Source: Octopus sinensis
Lineage: Eukaryota
DNA length: 64,000 bases
Assembly: GCF_006345805.1 (NCBI RefSeq)
Contig: NC_043023.1
Span: 6,448,001-6,512,000, forward strand
Reading direction: 5' to 3'
Notes under the pieces: model-generated
Seen by the model: only the letters and a program-made list of their open reading frames with translations
What the model was told of the DNA's origin: nothing
Databases searched by the model: none
Translations under genes and position numbers: made by a program
Shown here: positions 12,870-26,580 of the stretch, one piece after another
Numbering within the stretch: position 1 is the stretch's first letter
How the letters are laid out: each line of letters begins with the position of its first letter

Positions 12870-13600
12870 GAAGTCCTCCACTGTTTTACACAACACACCA
12901 AGTTCCCATTGTCTGTGATGGTCATGGCTGGTTGTAAGCAATGAGGGCCATGTTATGCCACCTCACTTTTTCCCCCGTAAGGTTTAGGGTCAGTGACAGC
13001 CTGCATCAAGGCAATTGAGATCGTTGTCAAACCCTAGGTTGAAAAAGTTGCCCTGGGGAGGCCATTGCAGGAAGGCTCTGTTCCTACAACATAGGAATGG
13101 CTGACTGAAAACTTTCACGATCATATCACCCCTAACATTTGACATCCCAACTCTCTTGATTTAACCCTTTCATTACTGTATTTATTTTGAGATCCTCTGT
13201 AATTCTTTCAATTATTTTAAATATAACGAAGAATTTAGTAAAATAACTTGGTTATCATTAAGCTAGTGTTAGGAACATAAATTGTGACCAAGGTCTGGTG
13301 GAAGATTTTAATTCAAAACTTATGGAAACAAGACATTTGTACTACAAAGCCAGAGCCGGTTTCAGCCGGGTTGGTAATGAAAGGGTTAAGCACCCTGGCC
13401 TACAAAATGGGGCATCATTAAGAAGGGAGATCAACAAGTATGCCCACAACACCAAGGGTTATTGGCATCTACTTTTACTGACATTAAGACCAACATGAAT
13501 AAAGGTCGCTTGATCAAGGCATTCAGTTACTTCAGAAGTCATACCAATGCAGTAATTGAAGTTGATGGTAGTTTTATTGAATAATCTTTTCCCATGTGTA
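12870..13600 (+). pseudogene. Degraded Tc1/mariner-superfamily (maT/DD37D-like) transposase remnant
   Basis: Translated fragments VVSNEGHVMPPHFFP and HITPNI*HPNSLDL..WG..KREINKYAHNT resemble the WPPxSPDLNPLDY region; boundaries approximate. Confidence 0.55.
13165..13385. mobile_element. piggyBac-like MITE nested in the transposase remnant
   Basis: TTAA|CCCTTTCATTAC...GTAATGAAAGGG|TTAA. Confidence 0.85.
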
Positions 13601-14439
13601 TCTAAGAATATGTGTACAAAATTTTCTTAAAGTACATTTTATTTTTGTAATAGTTTTGTTTTCCTTAAATCAAATTTTTTTCTCAAATAGCTGTGTTTCT
13701 GAACATATGTATATATATATATATGTGTGTGTGTGTGCAGTGTTGCCTACTTAAAATCAGAATTTAATGCTAAATTTCAGTAGAAAAAATACCAAAAGAT
13801 GCTAAAAAATGCCAGATATGACAAAAAAAAAAAAGCTAAAGGCTAATTACATCAAAAAGCTCAATATTTATTTACATTTTTATTAACTTTCTTTAATTAT
13901 ATTCAGCATTGAGAAATAATTTCTTGGATTTCACTGATTTTATCATTCTCAGCTGCAGTGCCTGGTTCTTGACTTCTGTATACATTCAAGGTCCCAATCT
14001 TGTTAATTATGAGTTTTGGAATATCGAAGTTTTCGCAACATTGCCATAGCTTTTCAGGCCACATTTTATAGACAATATTGATCTAAGCATAGGAAGATGC
14101 TTTTGTTTTTTCAATTTTGATTTGATTACACCCATACTGCGCCTATAGTTCATTATTTTGAAAATCAATTTAAACAGGACAGTGTATTTCAGTATAAATC
14201 TAGTAATGACAGGATTAACTCTCACTCAAAGACTACCATAATTTTATTCAGTTCTAACTAAAAGACTTTCAGTCCCTGGGGTGTCTTTTACCCACATAAA
14301 TATTAGTTAAAAGAAATGTGAGTAACATGAGATTGCTTTTGATCAAAACTGAAAGGCATCTGTTACCACTTGTAAATATTTCTTCTAATCGCCAAATGCA
14401 GTGATTATTTTTTTAATTTTTCCATTAAATTCTTTGTAC

Positions 14440-14603
14440 TTAACCACGTGTCTGGCAGAAAAATTTGTGCTGTTTACCCTTATAAGGAACTGGTTAATCA
14501 TTTCTGCGAACCACTAATTAATCATTCTTGTTATTTCTCTAACTACAAACACTACTTGGAAACATGGCTGCCTGTTGATGTGGAATCATAATATACTGTA
14601 TGT
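14440..14603 (+). promoter_or_regulatory. Candidate promoter / non-coding first exon of the right Ig gene (mirror at ~9755-9935 for the left copy)
   Basis: Unique sequence kept in both arms: E-box CACGTG (14445-14450), YY1-like AAACATGGCTGCC (14560-14572), GTATGT donor (14598-14603). The signal-peptide exon has an acceptor, so an upstream exon must exist. The location is inference only. Confidence 0.3.
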
Positions 14604-14677
14604 ATTTGCTTTATTTCTTTATTTTCTTTGTATTTTGTATTTCTTGCTTTTGCTAAAATAAAAGACTTGTATATATC

Positions 14678-14715
<38 letters not shown>

Positions 14716-15030
14716 ATAAAAGACATATATAACAGAACTGCAAGTGTAAAGTATAAGATAGTCTTGAGCGTAAAATCTTCCTAAGAGTCAGTAGTGGTTT
14801 TCCTTGATCACAAGTGGACGGTCATCATTATGTGTGTATGTATATATATATATATAATATATATATATTTCTTTACTACCCACAAGGGGCTAAACATAGA
14901 GGGGACAAATAAGGACAGACAACGGATTAAGTTGATTATATCGACCCCCAGTGCGTAACTGGTACTTAATTTATCGACCCCGAAAGGATGAAAGGCAAAG
15001 TCGACCTCGGCGGAATATATATACATATGC

Positions 15031-15063
<33 letters not shown>

Positions 15064-17049
15064 CACAAAACATACACACACACATACATTCGCCATGATA
15101 GATTGGTCGCCACTACACACAGTTTTTCTCTCCTTGTTTCTTTCCTTGTTTCTTTCTGTGACCTTTCTGTAGAAAGAGGCGTACGCTCAACATATCAAAG
15201 CCTTTTTCAATTCCCGAGTGTTATACTAATACATCTGTTTGTTTTCTACACCACCTGTCTTCGTCTTTTGTTCTTTTCATAAACTCTCCCTATATATATG
15301 TATATATATACATATATATATACATATAAATGCAAGAACCAAGGATCAAGGTGTAGGAAGAAAGTTAGCTTCAAGCAATCTGTAGTAAATATAATAAAAA
15401 ACTATCAAGGACAATATTGGTTTATGGAGACGGAAAGTTGTTGATTTTTTTATAATCGAAGTATGGTAAACTGAAAAAAGTTCTTTATATATTTCACGGT
15501 AGGCAACCAGAGCTACGGAATAAGTAGATAAAATCTGGGCTAATCAAGATATCCTTGGCCTGAAAGTAGCCTGCAGTGTACCCCTCGCTGAATATTTACC
15601 ACTTCTGAGGTCCACACTTACTATGAAACCTATATAGCCCAGATCTTATCTACCCCATTCTATAACTCTTGTATATATGTTTTAGTTTCTCATTGTGTTC
15701 AACAATTTTTTGATGTCCTGAACCCATATATCATGTATATATACATATAGATGTAGGTATGTACATATATGTATGTACATGTGCATATATTTATATAATA
15801 TTTGTATTATTAAATGATCGAACGCCACACATCCTTTTCCAAGTAAGTTTCATCTTTATAATTACAATGCGCACTCTTCTATCTCCACTATCTCTTCTCT
15901 GTCTATCTCTCTCCCTCTCTTGTTCTTCATCCTTTCTGGCTTTCTCTCCCACCCTTCCCTATTTTTCTCCTCTCCCCTTCATCGTTCCCTGTCTCTTACT
16001 CCTCTTCCTCCTCCTCCTCCTCCTCCTCGAATCTCTACTCATTGACAGGAGATCAGAGGGAAGCCATCTTTCTGACTGCTATCTTCACCAAGACCAGACC
16101 AGCTTGTCCTGTCTCTTCATAAGCTGTCTCCTATTATTTCACAATAATTTTTCCATTGTCTTGGTTTAACAGCCTTCATCATTTGTTTTACTGCGTATTC
16201 TCCTTGTCCTGTCTTTTACTGTTTATATTTTTTATTGTTTTTTACTGTCTTGTTTTATTCTTACTGCCTGTTTTTTTTACCACTTTCACCCTCCGCAAAA
16301 AATCCCAAATTTTATTTAATTGCTTTGCGGGAAGGATTGTTTCAATGGAGTCGTGTTGCCCTTATCTTCGAAACACGGTGTAGTCAAAGCGGGGGCAGCT
16401 GAAGAAGGGGAATGTTCCTTGTGTTGTATGTCTTGTACTCTGTTTTTTCGTTGTGTTTGAAAAAAGTTCGTTTCCATGTTTTTGTTTTATGTTTTCGTTT
16501 CTCATTGTGTTCAACGTTTTTTCGTGTCCTGTACCCATATACATGTATATATACATATAGATGTAGGTATGTACATATATGTGTGTATATGTGGATATGT
16601 TTTATATATTATTTATATTATTTTGTGTATATATATATATATATATTTGTATATATATATACATATACGTATATACTTATATACATATATATATATATAT
16701 ATATTTGAATGTATGTATACATATGCGTATATACTTATATACATATATATATATATATTTGTATGTATGTATACATATTCGTATATACTTATATACATAT
16801 ATATATATATTAATAGCACTACCTGATAGGATTATTTGAATCCTGTTTAAGTCAAGTTTTGTTTATGGTCCATTCAACTCACTACTTGAATGGACCCTAA
16901 ACAAAAATTGACTCAAACAGGATTCAAATAATCCTATCAGGTGGTGCTATTAAGTTAGACATGGCCTGGACCAATCTTTGGTTGAAACATATCTAAGTTT
17001 ATCTAAGTCTATATATATATATATTTGTATGTTTGTATACATATACTTA

Positions 17050-17105
<56 letters not shown>

Positions 17106-17735
17106 CGTGTGTGTATAAAATTGAAGAAATTGAGGTCAACAAGAAGGAGTATAGTTGGTCAGTTATTTTTTAACCACTACAATTGATTCCACCTCGCATG
17201 GTTCTCCATAAAATACAGGCATTTGATTATGCAACTGTTTGTTTGCATAATGAGATCCATTTGTGTTTCATCAGGTGATATTCGAGTGTTGTCTCCATTA
17301 ATTTAAAATCTTTGCTTCTTGACAACCGATGGTGGTGTGTTTACATCCCCTGTAAACTAGTGGTTCTCAAAAAAGTGACTGATAGAATAAGTACTAGGCT
17401 TACAAAGGATAAGTCCTGGGTTCGATTTGTTCGACTAAAGGTGTGCTCCAGCATGGCCACAGTCACATGACTGAAACAAGTGAAAGAGTAAACAGAATAT
17501 ACACAAATGACAGGATGTTTATGGTTGAAATGCTAGAAGTAACAGCCTAATTTCCCTTAAATCATGCTCTACTGTAGTCAACAATCCGATCATGGATGGA
17601 ACAGCTTCCATCATCAGTCTGCTGGGTCAGGTATGAGATAAGTTTTAACTGACCCCTGTAACCCTTATTTTCTTCTTTCTTTTTCAGACAACCCAATAAA
17701 TCTACAGCAGAACAGTTAACCGTGCTAAACACACT

Positions 17736-17795
17736 ATGAAGATTTCCCATTATCCATCTTTATCCTTGTTGCTGTAGCTGGGTCGGTCTATTCAG
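17736..17795 (+). CDS. Ig-superfamily gene, right copy, signal-peptide exon (exon 17688-17795), with a 1-nt deletion relative to the left copy
   Basis: Mirror of 4174-4282. Reads GATTTCCCAT versus GATTTCCCCAT in the left copy, so 60 nt instead of 61 (frameshift or homopolymer sequencing error). Confidence 0.7.
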
Positions 17796-17939
17796 GTAAG
17801 TTTAATCCTTCAATATATATGTATACTAGCAGTAATACCCGTTCATCGGATAATTACTTTTACTCTTTCTCAGGAGTCACATTCAAAGTATTATTATATA
17901 TATAATAGAATTCTCAACGGGGATTTCAGGGGAGAGTTC

Positions 17940-19440
17940 TCTATGATTTGTGGTTCTATGATTTGTTGGCTAGGAGATGTGCCGGGAAGTTAAACACACA
18001 GACACACACACAGATACACACACAGACACACAAGTTGAGTTTTATATATATAGATGTATGTATGTATGTATGGATGTATGTATGGATGTATATATGGATG
18101 GATGGATGACTGGATGGATGGATGTAGGCATGTCATTTTTCAGTTTTACTTCAAGATTTCTTGCCAATAGAGAATGAACCAGTTTCTAACCTTGATCCAA
18201 GGCTCCTTCATTGGAATTTCAACATCAACAACAGGGCATTTTTGTATGTATGTATGTAAAGATGGAAAAGGAATATATGACAATTTATTATTATCACAAC
18301 AATTGTTTCGACACATCTAGCATATTAATTCCTCATGGATGAGCACTTAACAACTGGTTCAGAGGTATCCAGTGGTGCAGATGTATCTCGTCAGTGATAA
18401 TAGACACAACTCATTAAAATAACAGTTCCACAATGTATCTTTTATTGTTTTGGTCACTTGACTGTGGCCATGCTGGGGCACTGCCTTGAAGAATTTAGTT
18501 GAATGATTTGACCCTAGTACTTATTTCTTTAAGCCTGGTACTTATTCCAAAAGTCCCTTTTGCCAACAGCTAAGTTACAAGGGCGACAAATATACAAACA
18601 ATGGTTATCAAAGACACAAGCACATAGGCATACATATATGCAATGAGCATTTTTCAGTTGTTGTCTACTAAATCCAATCACACAAGGCTTTGGTCATCCC
18701 AAGGCCATAGTAGAAGAGACTTGCCTAAGGTGCCACTCAGTGGGACTGAATCCAGGACCAGGTTGTTGGAAGCAAATTTCTTACCACAGAGCCAAACCTG
18801 TGCCCATAATATATATATGTGTGTTGTGTGTGTGTGTGTGAGTGTTTGTGTGTGGGGATGCAATGGCCCAGTGGTTAGGGCAGTGGACTCGCAGTCAGAG
18901 GATTGCGGTTTCGATTCCCAGACCGGGCGTTGTGTGTGTTTATTGAAGGAAAACACCTGAAAGCTCCATGAGGCTCCAGCAGGGGGTGGTGGTGACCCCT
19001 GTTGTACTCTTTCGCCCCCAACTTCCTCTCACTCTCTCTTCCTGTTTCTTGAGTAACGCTGTGATGGACTGGCGTCACGTCCAGCTGGGGGGAACACATA
19101 CACCACAAAAACTGGGCCCATGAGCCTGGCTAGGCTTGAAAAGGGCACATAGATAAATATATATATATATATATATATACACGCATACATATATATCTAC
19201 ATACACACACACACGTGTGTGTGTATGTATGTATGTATGTATGTATGTATATATATTTCATTTAAAACCTTCAGAAATTCAACAAAACCTGTTACTTGAA
19301 GTTTCACATTCCTGTTCGTCAGACTGTTTTTGTTAAAATAGAACCGATATACCAGCTGCTTTTAAATAAAGCATATTACTCTACCCCTGGTATTTGAGTA
19401 CTCTTTTTTTCCACCTTGTTTCACTTTATGTGTTTACTCC

Positions 19441-19487
<47 letters not shown>

Positions 19488-19535
19488 TAGCACTATGACC
19501 CAGCTACAGTCAAAATGACTGAAACAAGTAATAGA

Positions 19536-19569
<34 letters not shown>

Positions 19570-20913
19570 CAGGGGAGAGTTTCAGGGTGTCACTGGCGAT
19601 GTATCATGATGATCAAAAATCCGGCCTGCTAAAATTTGTTAAAGTGATTCAAACTGCAGACTCAATGCAAAATGGTCAATTTAATTCAAAGCGTTAAAAA
19701 TGTTATGAAACATTGTTATGTGTTCACAAGTCCAAACGATTAATACAAAAAAAACCCTCCAGGCTACATCCCGAAAATTCATTTCTTTGCCGAATTTCTA
19801 CAATGTTTACGGCGATTCGTTTTTATATCTTGATTTTTTATTTTTCATGCATTTATGCACGCTTGCACGCATGGTGAACACAGTTCACGTCAAACAGCTG
19901 ACTGAGTAAAGTTCACTATTCAATGCATGGGATAAGGCCTAAACAAACACATTATCGAATTTTGCACTTGCGAGATGAATTTCCGAACAGAAATAGCGCA
20001 GTTCAATTTTCATTCGCCTAAACTTTAAGTGACCCATTTTTGGTGTTCTACAATTTGTTGGCTAGGAGATGTGTCCGGGAAGTTAAACACACAGACACAC
20101 ACACAGATACACACACAGACCACAATTTGAGTTTTATATATATAGATAGACACACAGAGTGGTATGGTATGTATGTATGGATGTATGTATGTATGGATGT
20201 ATATATGATGGATGGATGACTGATGGATGGATGAGGCATGTCATTTTTCAGTTTTACTTCAAGATTTCTTGCCAATAGAGAATGAACCAGTTTCTAACCT
20301 TGATCCAAGGCTCCTTCATTGGAATTTCAACATCAACACAGGGCATTTTTGTATGTATGTATGTAAAGATGGAAAATGGAATATATGACAATTTATTATT
20401 AATCACAACAATTGTTCGACAATCTAGCATATTAATTCCTCATGGATAGAGCACTCAACAACTGGTTCAGAGTATATCCAGTGTGGGCAGATGTATCTCG
20501 TCGGGTGATAAATAGACACAACTCATTAAAATAACAGTTCCACAATGTATCTTTTATTGTTTTGGTCACTTGACTGTGGCCATGCTGGGGCACTGCCTTG
20601 AAGAAATTTAGTTGAATGACTTGACCCTAGTACTTATTTCTTAAGCCTGGTACTTATTCCAAAAGTCCCTTTTGTGCCAAACAGCTAAGTTACAGGCGAC
20701 AAATATACAAACAATTTATCAAGACACAAGCACATAGGCATACATATATGCAATGAGCATTTTTCAGTTGTTGTCTACTAAATCCAATCACAAGGCTTTG
20801 GTCCTCAAGGCCATAGTAGAAGAACTTGCCCAAGGTGCCACTCAGTGGGACTGATCCAGGACCAGGTTGTTGGGAAGCAAATTCCTTACCACAGAGCCAA
20901 ACCTGTGCCCATA

Positions 20914-20944
<31 letters not shown>

Positions 20945-21252
20945 AGTGTTTGTGTGTGTGGGGGTGCAATGGCCCAGTGGTTAGGGCAGTGGACTCGCAG
21001 TCAGAGGATTGCGGTTCGATTCCCAGACCGGGCGTTGTGTGTGTTTATTGAGGAAAACACCTGAAAGCTCCATGAGGCTCCAGCAGGGGTGGTGGTGATC
21101 CCTGTTGTACTCTTTCGCCCCCAACTTCCTCTCACTCTCTCTTCCTGTTTCTTGAGTAATGCTGTGATGGACTGGCGTCACGTCCAGCTGGGGGGAACAC
21201 ATACACCACAAAAACTGGGCCCATGAGCCTGGCTAGGCTTGAAAAGGGCACA

Positions 21253-21283
<31 letters not shown>

Positions 21284-21590
21284 GCATACATATATATCTA
21301 CATACACACACACACACGTGTGTGTGTATGTATGTTTGTTTGTATGTATGTATGTATGCATGTATGTGTGTGTATATATATAAATATATATATTCTATAT
21401 ATACTTTATTTAAACCTTCAGAAATTCAACAAAACCTGTTACTTGGAGTTCACATTCCTGTTCGTCAGACAGTTTTTGTAAAATAGAACCGATATGCCAG
21501 CTGCTTTTAAATAAGCATATTACTCTACCCCTGGTATTTGAGTACTCTTTTTTTCCACTTGTTCACATTTATGTGTTTACTCCGTTATCC
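17940..21590. repeat. Direct tandem duplication inside the right arm (17955-19443 vs ~20045-21585)
   Basis: Both blocks mirror left-arm 2100-3570; they are separated by (TA)n and a SINE/Helitron scrap. Confidence 0.85.
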
Positions 21591-22263
21591 GGTAATATAT
21601 ATGTGGCTGTGTGGTAAGTAGCTTGCTAACCAACCACATGGTTCCGGTTCAGTTCCCACTGTGTGGCACCTTGGGCAAGTGTCTTCTGCTATAGCCCCGG
21701 GCCGACCAATGCCTTGTGAGTGGATTTGGTAGACGGAAACTGAAAGAAGCCTGTCGTATATATGTATATATATATGTATGTGTGTGTCTGTGTTTGTCGC
21801 CCTAGCATTGCTTGACAACCGATGCTGGTGTGTCTACGTCCCCGTCACTTAGCGGTTCGGCAAAAAGAGATCGATAGAATAAGTACTGGGCTTACAAAAG
21901 AATAAGTCCCGGGGTCGATTTGCTCGACTAAAGGCGGCGCTCCAGCATGGCCGCAGTCAAATGACTGAAACAAGTAAAAGAATAAAAGAAAGAATAAAGA
22001 ATATATATATTTATACACACACTCACACAGACACACACACACACACACACATTCCACCACATACACACACAAACACACAATGATCTGTTTTCAGTTTCTG
22101 TCTAATAAATCAACTCAAAAGTCTTTGATCATCTCAGGCCTATAGGAGAAGACATCAGTGCAAGTTGTCTTGCAGTGGGATTGAACCTGACATGACATGT
22201 TCGGGATTCAAACACATAACTACACAACCATAGTGATCCTCTCCTTTCCACTTTCTATTACAG

Positions 22264-22369
22264 GTATCCAGCCGCCTGTGATGGTAATCAACCCACGTGC
22301 CCTGGTACTATTTACAGAGTTAGAGACTGTGGACCTTCCATGCAAGGCCAGTGGAGAACCACAACCTAC
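22264..22369 (+). CDS. Ig-superfamily gene, right copy, coding exon 2 (Ig1 N-terminal half)
   Basis: ttacag|GTATCC...CCTAC|gtaagt; encodes ...LPCKASGEPQPT and splices in frame to 25444. Confidence 0.85.
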
Positions 22370-22870
22370 GTAAGTATTGTTGTTTGAGTAGTAGTACAAG
22401 TAGTAGTGGTGGTGGTGGTGTTAGTGTAGTCATGTGACAATTGTAAACACTAGTGTCAGAGTGCAATTATACACAGAAAGTGGTATCACAATCATAAATA
22501 AGAAAACATGGGAACAAATTGGTAAACCCAAGTTATGTAGTTCAAACAAAATAGCCTACAGCAGGGGTGGGGAAGGTTTTTAGTGCAGTGGGCAAGGTCT
22601 GCGGTCAGAGCACAGGTTCTAACACTTATATCTGTGTTAATCTTACTCTTTACTCTTTTACTAGTTTCAGTCATTTGACTGCGGCCATGCTGGAGCACTG
22701 CCTTTAATCGAGCAAATCGACCCTGGGACTTATTCTTTTGTAAGCCCAGTACTTATTCTATCGGTCTCTTTTGCCGAACCGCTAAGTAACGGGGACATAA
22801 ACACACACACCAGCATCGGTTGTCAAGCAATGCTAGGGGGACAAACACAGACACACAAACACACACACGC

Positions 22871-22905
<35 letters not shown>

Positions 22906-24139
22906 TGATGGGCTTCTTTCAGTTTCCATCTACCAAATCCACTCACAAGGTTTTGGTCGGCCTGAAGATATTAGTAGAAGACACTTGCCCAGGTGCCACG
23001 CAGTGGGACTGAACCCGGAGCCATGTGGTTGGTAAACAAGCTACTTACCACACAGCCACTCCTGCGCCTATATCTTGTATATATCTATATATATATAATC
23101 TTGTATATATAATTTGATATACATTTATAAAGATAAGTTTAACACATTAAATTGACACATCTTCATTAACACGCTACGGAATTCCGCTGTGTTTGTGCCA
23201 GTGCCACTGTACTGACTCCTGTGCAGGTGGCACATAAAAATCATCATTTGAGCGTGGCCATTGCCAGTACTGCCAGACTGGCCCTCATGCCGGTGGCACT
23301 TTGAAAGCACCCACTACACTTTCAGAGTGATTGGCGTTAGGAAAGGCATCCTGCTGTAGAAACTGCCAAATTAGATTGGAGCCTGGTGCAGCCATCTGAT
23401 TCGCCAGTCCTCAGTCAAATCATCCAACCCCTGCTAGCATGGAAAGCGGACGCTAAACGAGGATGATGATGATGAGGTATTCTGTATTTTTCAGCTAAAG
23501 GGTAGTTGAGTCTCGAGGGGGGGGTTCAAACCTAGCAGTATGTGTTTTATTGTGAAAACAAAATGTCCATTCAAACGCCATTTACCAGACGATTTGTAAC
23601 CATTAAAAGTCGTAGAGGAAACGCGACCTATGTGGCAAACAGGTATATAAATATTCTCTTCTAGTCTAGGCACAAGGCCTGAAATTTTATGGGAGGGGGC
23701 CAGTTGATTAGATCGACCCCAGTATGCAACTGGTTCTTAATTTATCGACCCCAAAAGGATGAAAGGCAAAGCCAACCTCAGCAGAATTTGAACTCAAAAC
23801 ATAAAGACAGATGAAATACTCCTAAGCATTTCGCCCGGTGGGCTAACATTTTTGCCAGCTCACCACCTTAGGTATATACTCCTTATTCTTTTACTTGTTT
23901 CAGTCATTTGACTGCGGCCATGCTGGAGCACTGCCTTTAGTTGAGGAAATCGACCCCAGGACTTATTCTTTGTAAACCTAGTACTTATTTTGTCAGTCTA
24001 TTTTGCCGAACTGCTAAGTTATGGGGACATAAACACACCAGCATCAGTTGTCAAGTGATGTTTGGGGGGGGGGCAAATATATATACGACAGGCTTCTTTC
24101 AGTTTCCGTCTACAAAATCCACTCACTATCAGTTGCCTG

Positions 24140-24868
24140 GATAGCCATCCTTGCCAGCTATGCAGACAATACGAAAGTCTTGCAGAAAATACAAAACCCC
24201 AGCGATGTTGCACACCTGCAGCAGGAGTTTGACTCAATTTACAGATGGGATGAGGATAATAATATGCCGGAACTACTGCTCGTAGCTATGGTTACCCCAC
24301 AGTGTAAAATTAATAGCGGAACTTGAAGCAATCCAGCAAAGCTTCACAAAGAAGATTGTCTTATTGCAATAGCTCAGCAACTGGAATAGGCTGATAGAGC
24401 TAAGACTCTACTCCGTGAAGTGAAGGTGGGAGAGATATGCAGTAATATAGATCTGGAAGATCCTGGAAGGGATTGTGCCAAATTTTGGCATTTAAAGCTA
24501 CACAAATGCCAGAACCGGTTGCCCCTGCACAGTACCAAAGATTCCAGCCAAGCTATTGTGCTTCAGGACCAGTTACTGCAACAGCCTGGGTTTCAGGGGC
24601 CCCACAGCTTTTTAATATTCTCCCAAAGAGCCTAAGAGACCTACACAAAGTGGATGTAGGTGTTTTCAAATCAAAACTGGATCTCTTTCTGTTGAGAGTC
24701 CCAGATGAACCTACCCTGTGGCAGGGGGTGCAAATGAGGGTAGCAACATGAAACTCGCTTATTGACCAAATGTCATATATCAGAAGAGGCTCTCAATAAT
24801 AACAGTGTAGCAAAATGGTGGTGCCCCAGCATGGCCACAGCTTTGAGCTGAAACTAATAAAACATAAA
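24140..24868 (+). mobile_element. Degraded CR1-group LINE 3' fragment
   Basis: SYADNTK (YADD box), ...QLFNILPKSLRDLH...FKSKLDLFL..VPDEP; same family and 3' tail as 59110-60470. Confidence 0.85.
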
Positions 24869-25081
24869 ACGACATCATCCTCATCATCCTCATTCTTGCT
24901 CCTTACTCTTCTTCTACCTTTTATCTCACAATACTGTTTCTAATCTCTCTTTTCACTCTCTGTCTTGTCTGTCTGTCTCTCTCTTTCTTACACACACAAG
25001 CACACACCCACCCACACATTAACACATACACACACACATGCACACGCATGCACACATACACACATGCACACCCCTATCTAA

Positions 25082-25310
25082 AGGCGGCGAGCTGGCAGAA
25101 ACGTTAGCACGCCGGGCGAATGCGTCGCTGTATTTCGTCTGTCGTTAAATTCTGAGTTCAAATTCCGCCAAAGTCGACTTTGCCTTTCACCCTTTCGGGG
25201 TCGATAAATAAAGTACCAGTTTCCCACTGGGGTCGATGTAATTGACTTAATCCCTTTGTCTGTTCTTGTTTGTCCCCTCTATGTTTAGCCCCTTGTGGGC
25301 AGTAACGAAA
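25082..25310 (+). mobile_element. SINE family C (representative monomer). Other copies ~7015-7163, 14868-15016, 23680-23870, 27022-27620, 28094-28390, 35993-36595, 39440-39630
   Basis: Head AGGCGGCGAGCTGGCAGAA...GAGTTCAAATTCC (B box) and body GTCGACTTTGCCTTTCA. Confidence 0.8.
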
Positions 25311-25443
25311 TACATGCAGACCCCTGTCCTCCTTTCCACTTCTCTCAACTCACACCCATTATCACTTCATTTGTAAGTACATCCACCCACCCTCCATCCC
25401 CATCCCCTTCGTCTTCATCATTTTCCTTCTCTTCTACAACCAG

Positions 25444-25813
25444 GTACATCTGGAAAAAGGACAAACGGGACTTCAACGTGGCTGGCAGTGATGACCTTAT
25501 CTCCACAGTAGAAAACGAGGGAACACTTGTCTTCAAGCAACCCAAAAAGAAGGATGCCGGCACGTATCAATGTTTTGCAAACAACTCTTATGGGGTGGCC
25601 ATGTCAGGCATCGTTGAGCTACGTCTTGCCTTCCTGCAGCCGTACACCAATCAGGAACCAGAGACCATCACTGTATCACCAGGGTCATGTCTCGTCCTCC
25701 CTTGTAACAAGCCAATCAGTTACCCTGAGGCCAAATTCACATGGCTATTGAAATACAGTGATGGCGATTAAAGGTCCTTGACTTCACTGAGCGAATCCAA
25801 ATGGATCACAAAA
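25444..25813 (+). CDS. Ig-superfamily gene, coding exon 3 (rest of Ig1, most of Ig2); apparent 1-nt frameshift near 25768
   Basis: YIWKKD...GTLVF...DAGTYQCFANNSYGVAMS...LVLPCNKPISYPEAKFTW, typical of neuroglian/L1/hemolin Ig1-Ig2. TAA at 25769-25771, but KVLDFTERIQMDHK continues in the shifted frame to a GTTAGT donor. The exon is 370 nt where 371 is needed. Confidence 0.85.
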
Positions 25814-25989
25814 GTTAGTATTACCTTCTTACCATTGCCACCACTTCATCTTTGATTTATAGATATCAGCATGTTATTGTTTAGCTCTAGGTCAGTCCTG
25901 ATCCTTAGACAGACATGGTCAAAGATGTTCCAGCAGTGACCATCCCATCTATTCAAACATAGTGTACATAGGACTACATTGCCTAATGT

Positions 25990-26434
25990 CATTGCCGTCA
26001 TACTGGCACTTGTGCCGGTGGCACGTGAATAAACATTCAAGTGAGGTTGTGCAGATGGCACATAAAAAACACCATTTGAGCATGGCTGTTGCCAGTACCA
26101 CCTGACTGGCCCTCGTGCCGGTGGCACGTAAAATCAGCCACTACACTCTCGGAGTGGTTGGCGTTAGGAAGGGCATCCAGCTGTAGAAACTTTGCCAGAT
26201 CAAGATTGGAGCCTGGTGCAGCCATCCGGTTCACCATTCCTCAGTCAAATCGTCCAACCCATGCTAGCATGGAAAGCGGATGATGATGATGATGATGATG
26301 ACGACGACGACGAAGATGGCGACAACGACAATGAAGATGATGATGATGATGACGACGACGACGAAGATGATGATGATGATGATGATTATGACAATGACGA
26401 TGACGCCGATTACGATGGCGACGATGACAGTGAA

Positions 26435-26467
<33 letters not shown>

Positions 26468-26545
26468 CATGATGACGATGACGATGACGATGACGACGAT
26501 GACGATGACGATGATGATGATGACGATGATGATGACGATGACGAT

Positions 26546-26580
<35 letters not shown>

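Larger units (their letters stand above)
1..23682. repeat. Large imperfect inverted duplication. Left arm ~1-11510, right arm ~14145-23682, unique spacer ~11510-14145; probably extends beyond the left edge
   Basis: 1-42 is the exact reverse complement of 23641-23682. Collinear mirrored blocks: 1323-1428/22264-22369, 4174-4282/17688-17795, 5008-5151/16810-16953, 9670-10130/14250-14700, 11471-11508/14146-14183. Confidence 0.95.

Noticed and set aside
16360-16420. Type II-topology hammerhead (GAAA-CACGGTG-TA ... CTGAAGA-AGGGG; mirror at ~5510-5565)
   Set aside because: Core elements are present but stem I cannot be paired convincingly; at best a decayed motif.
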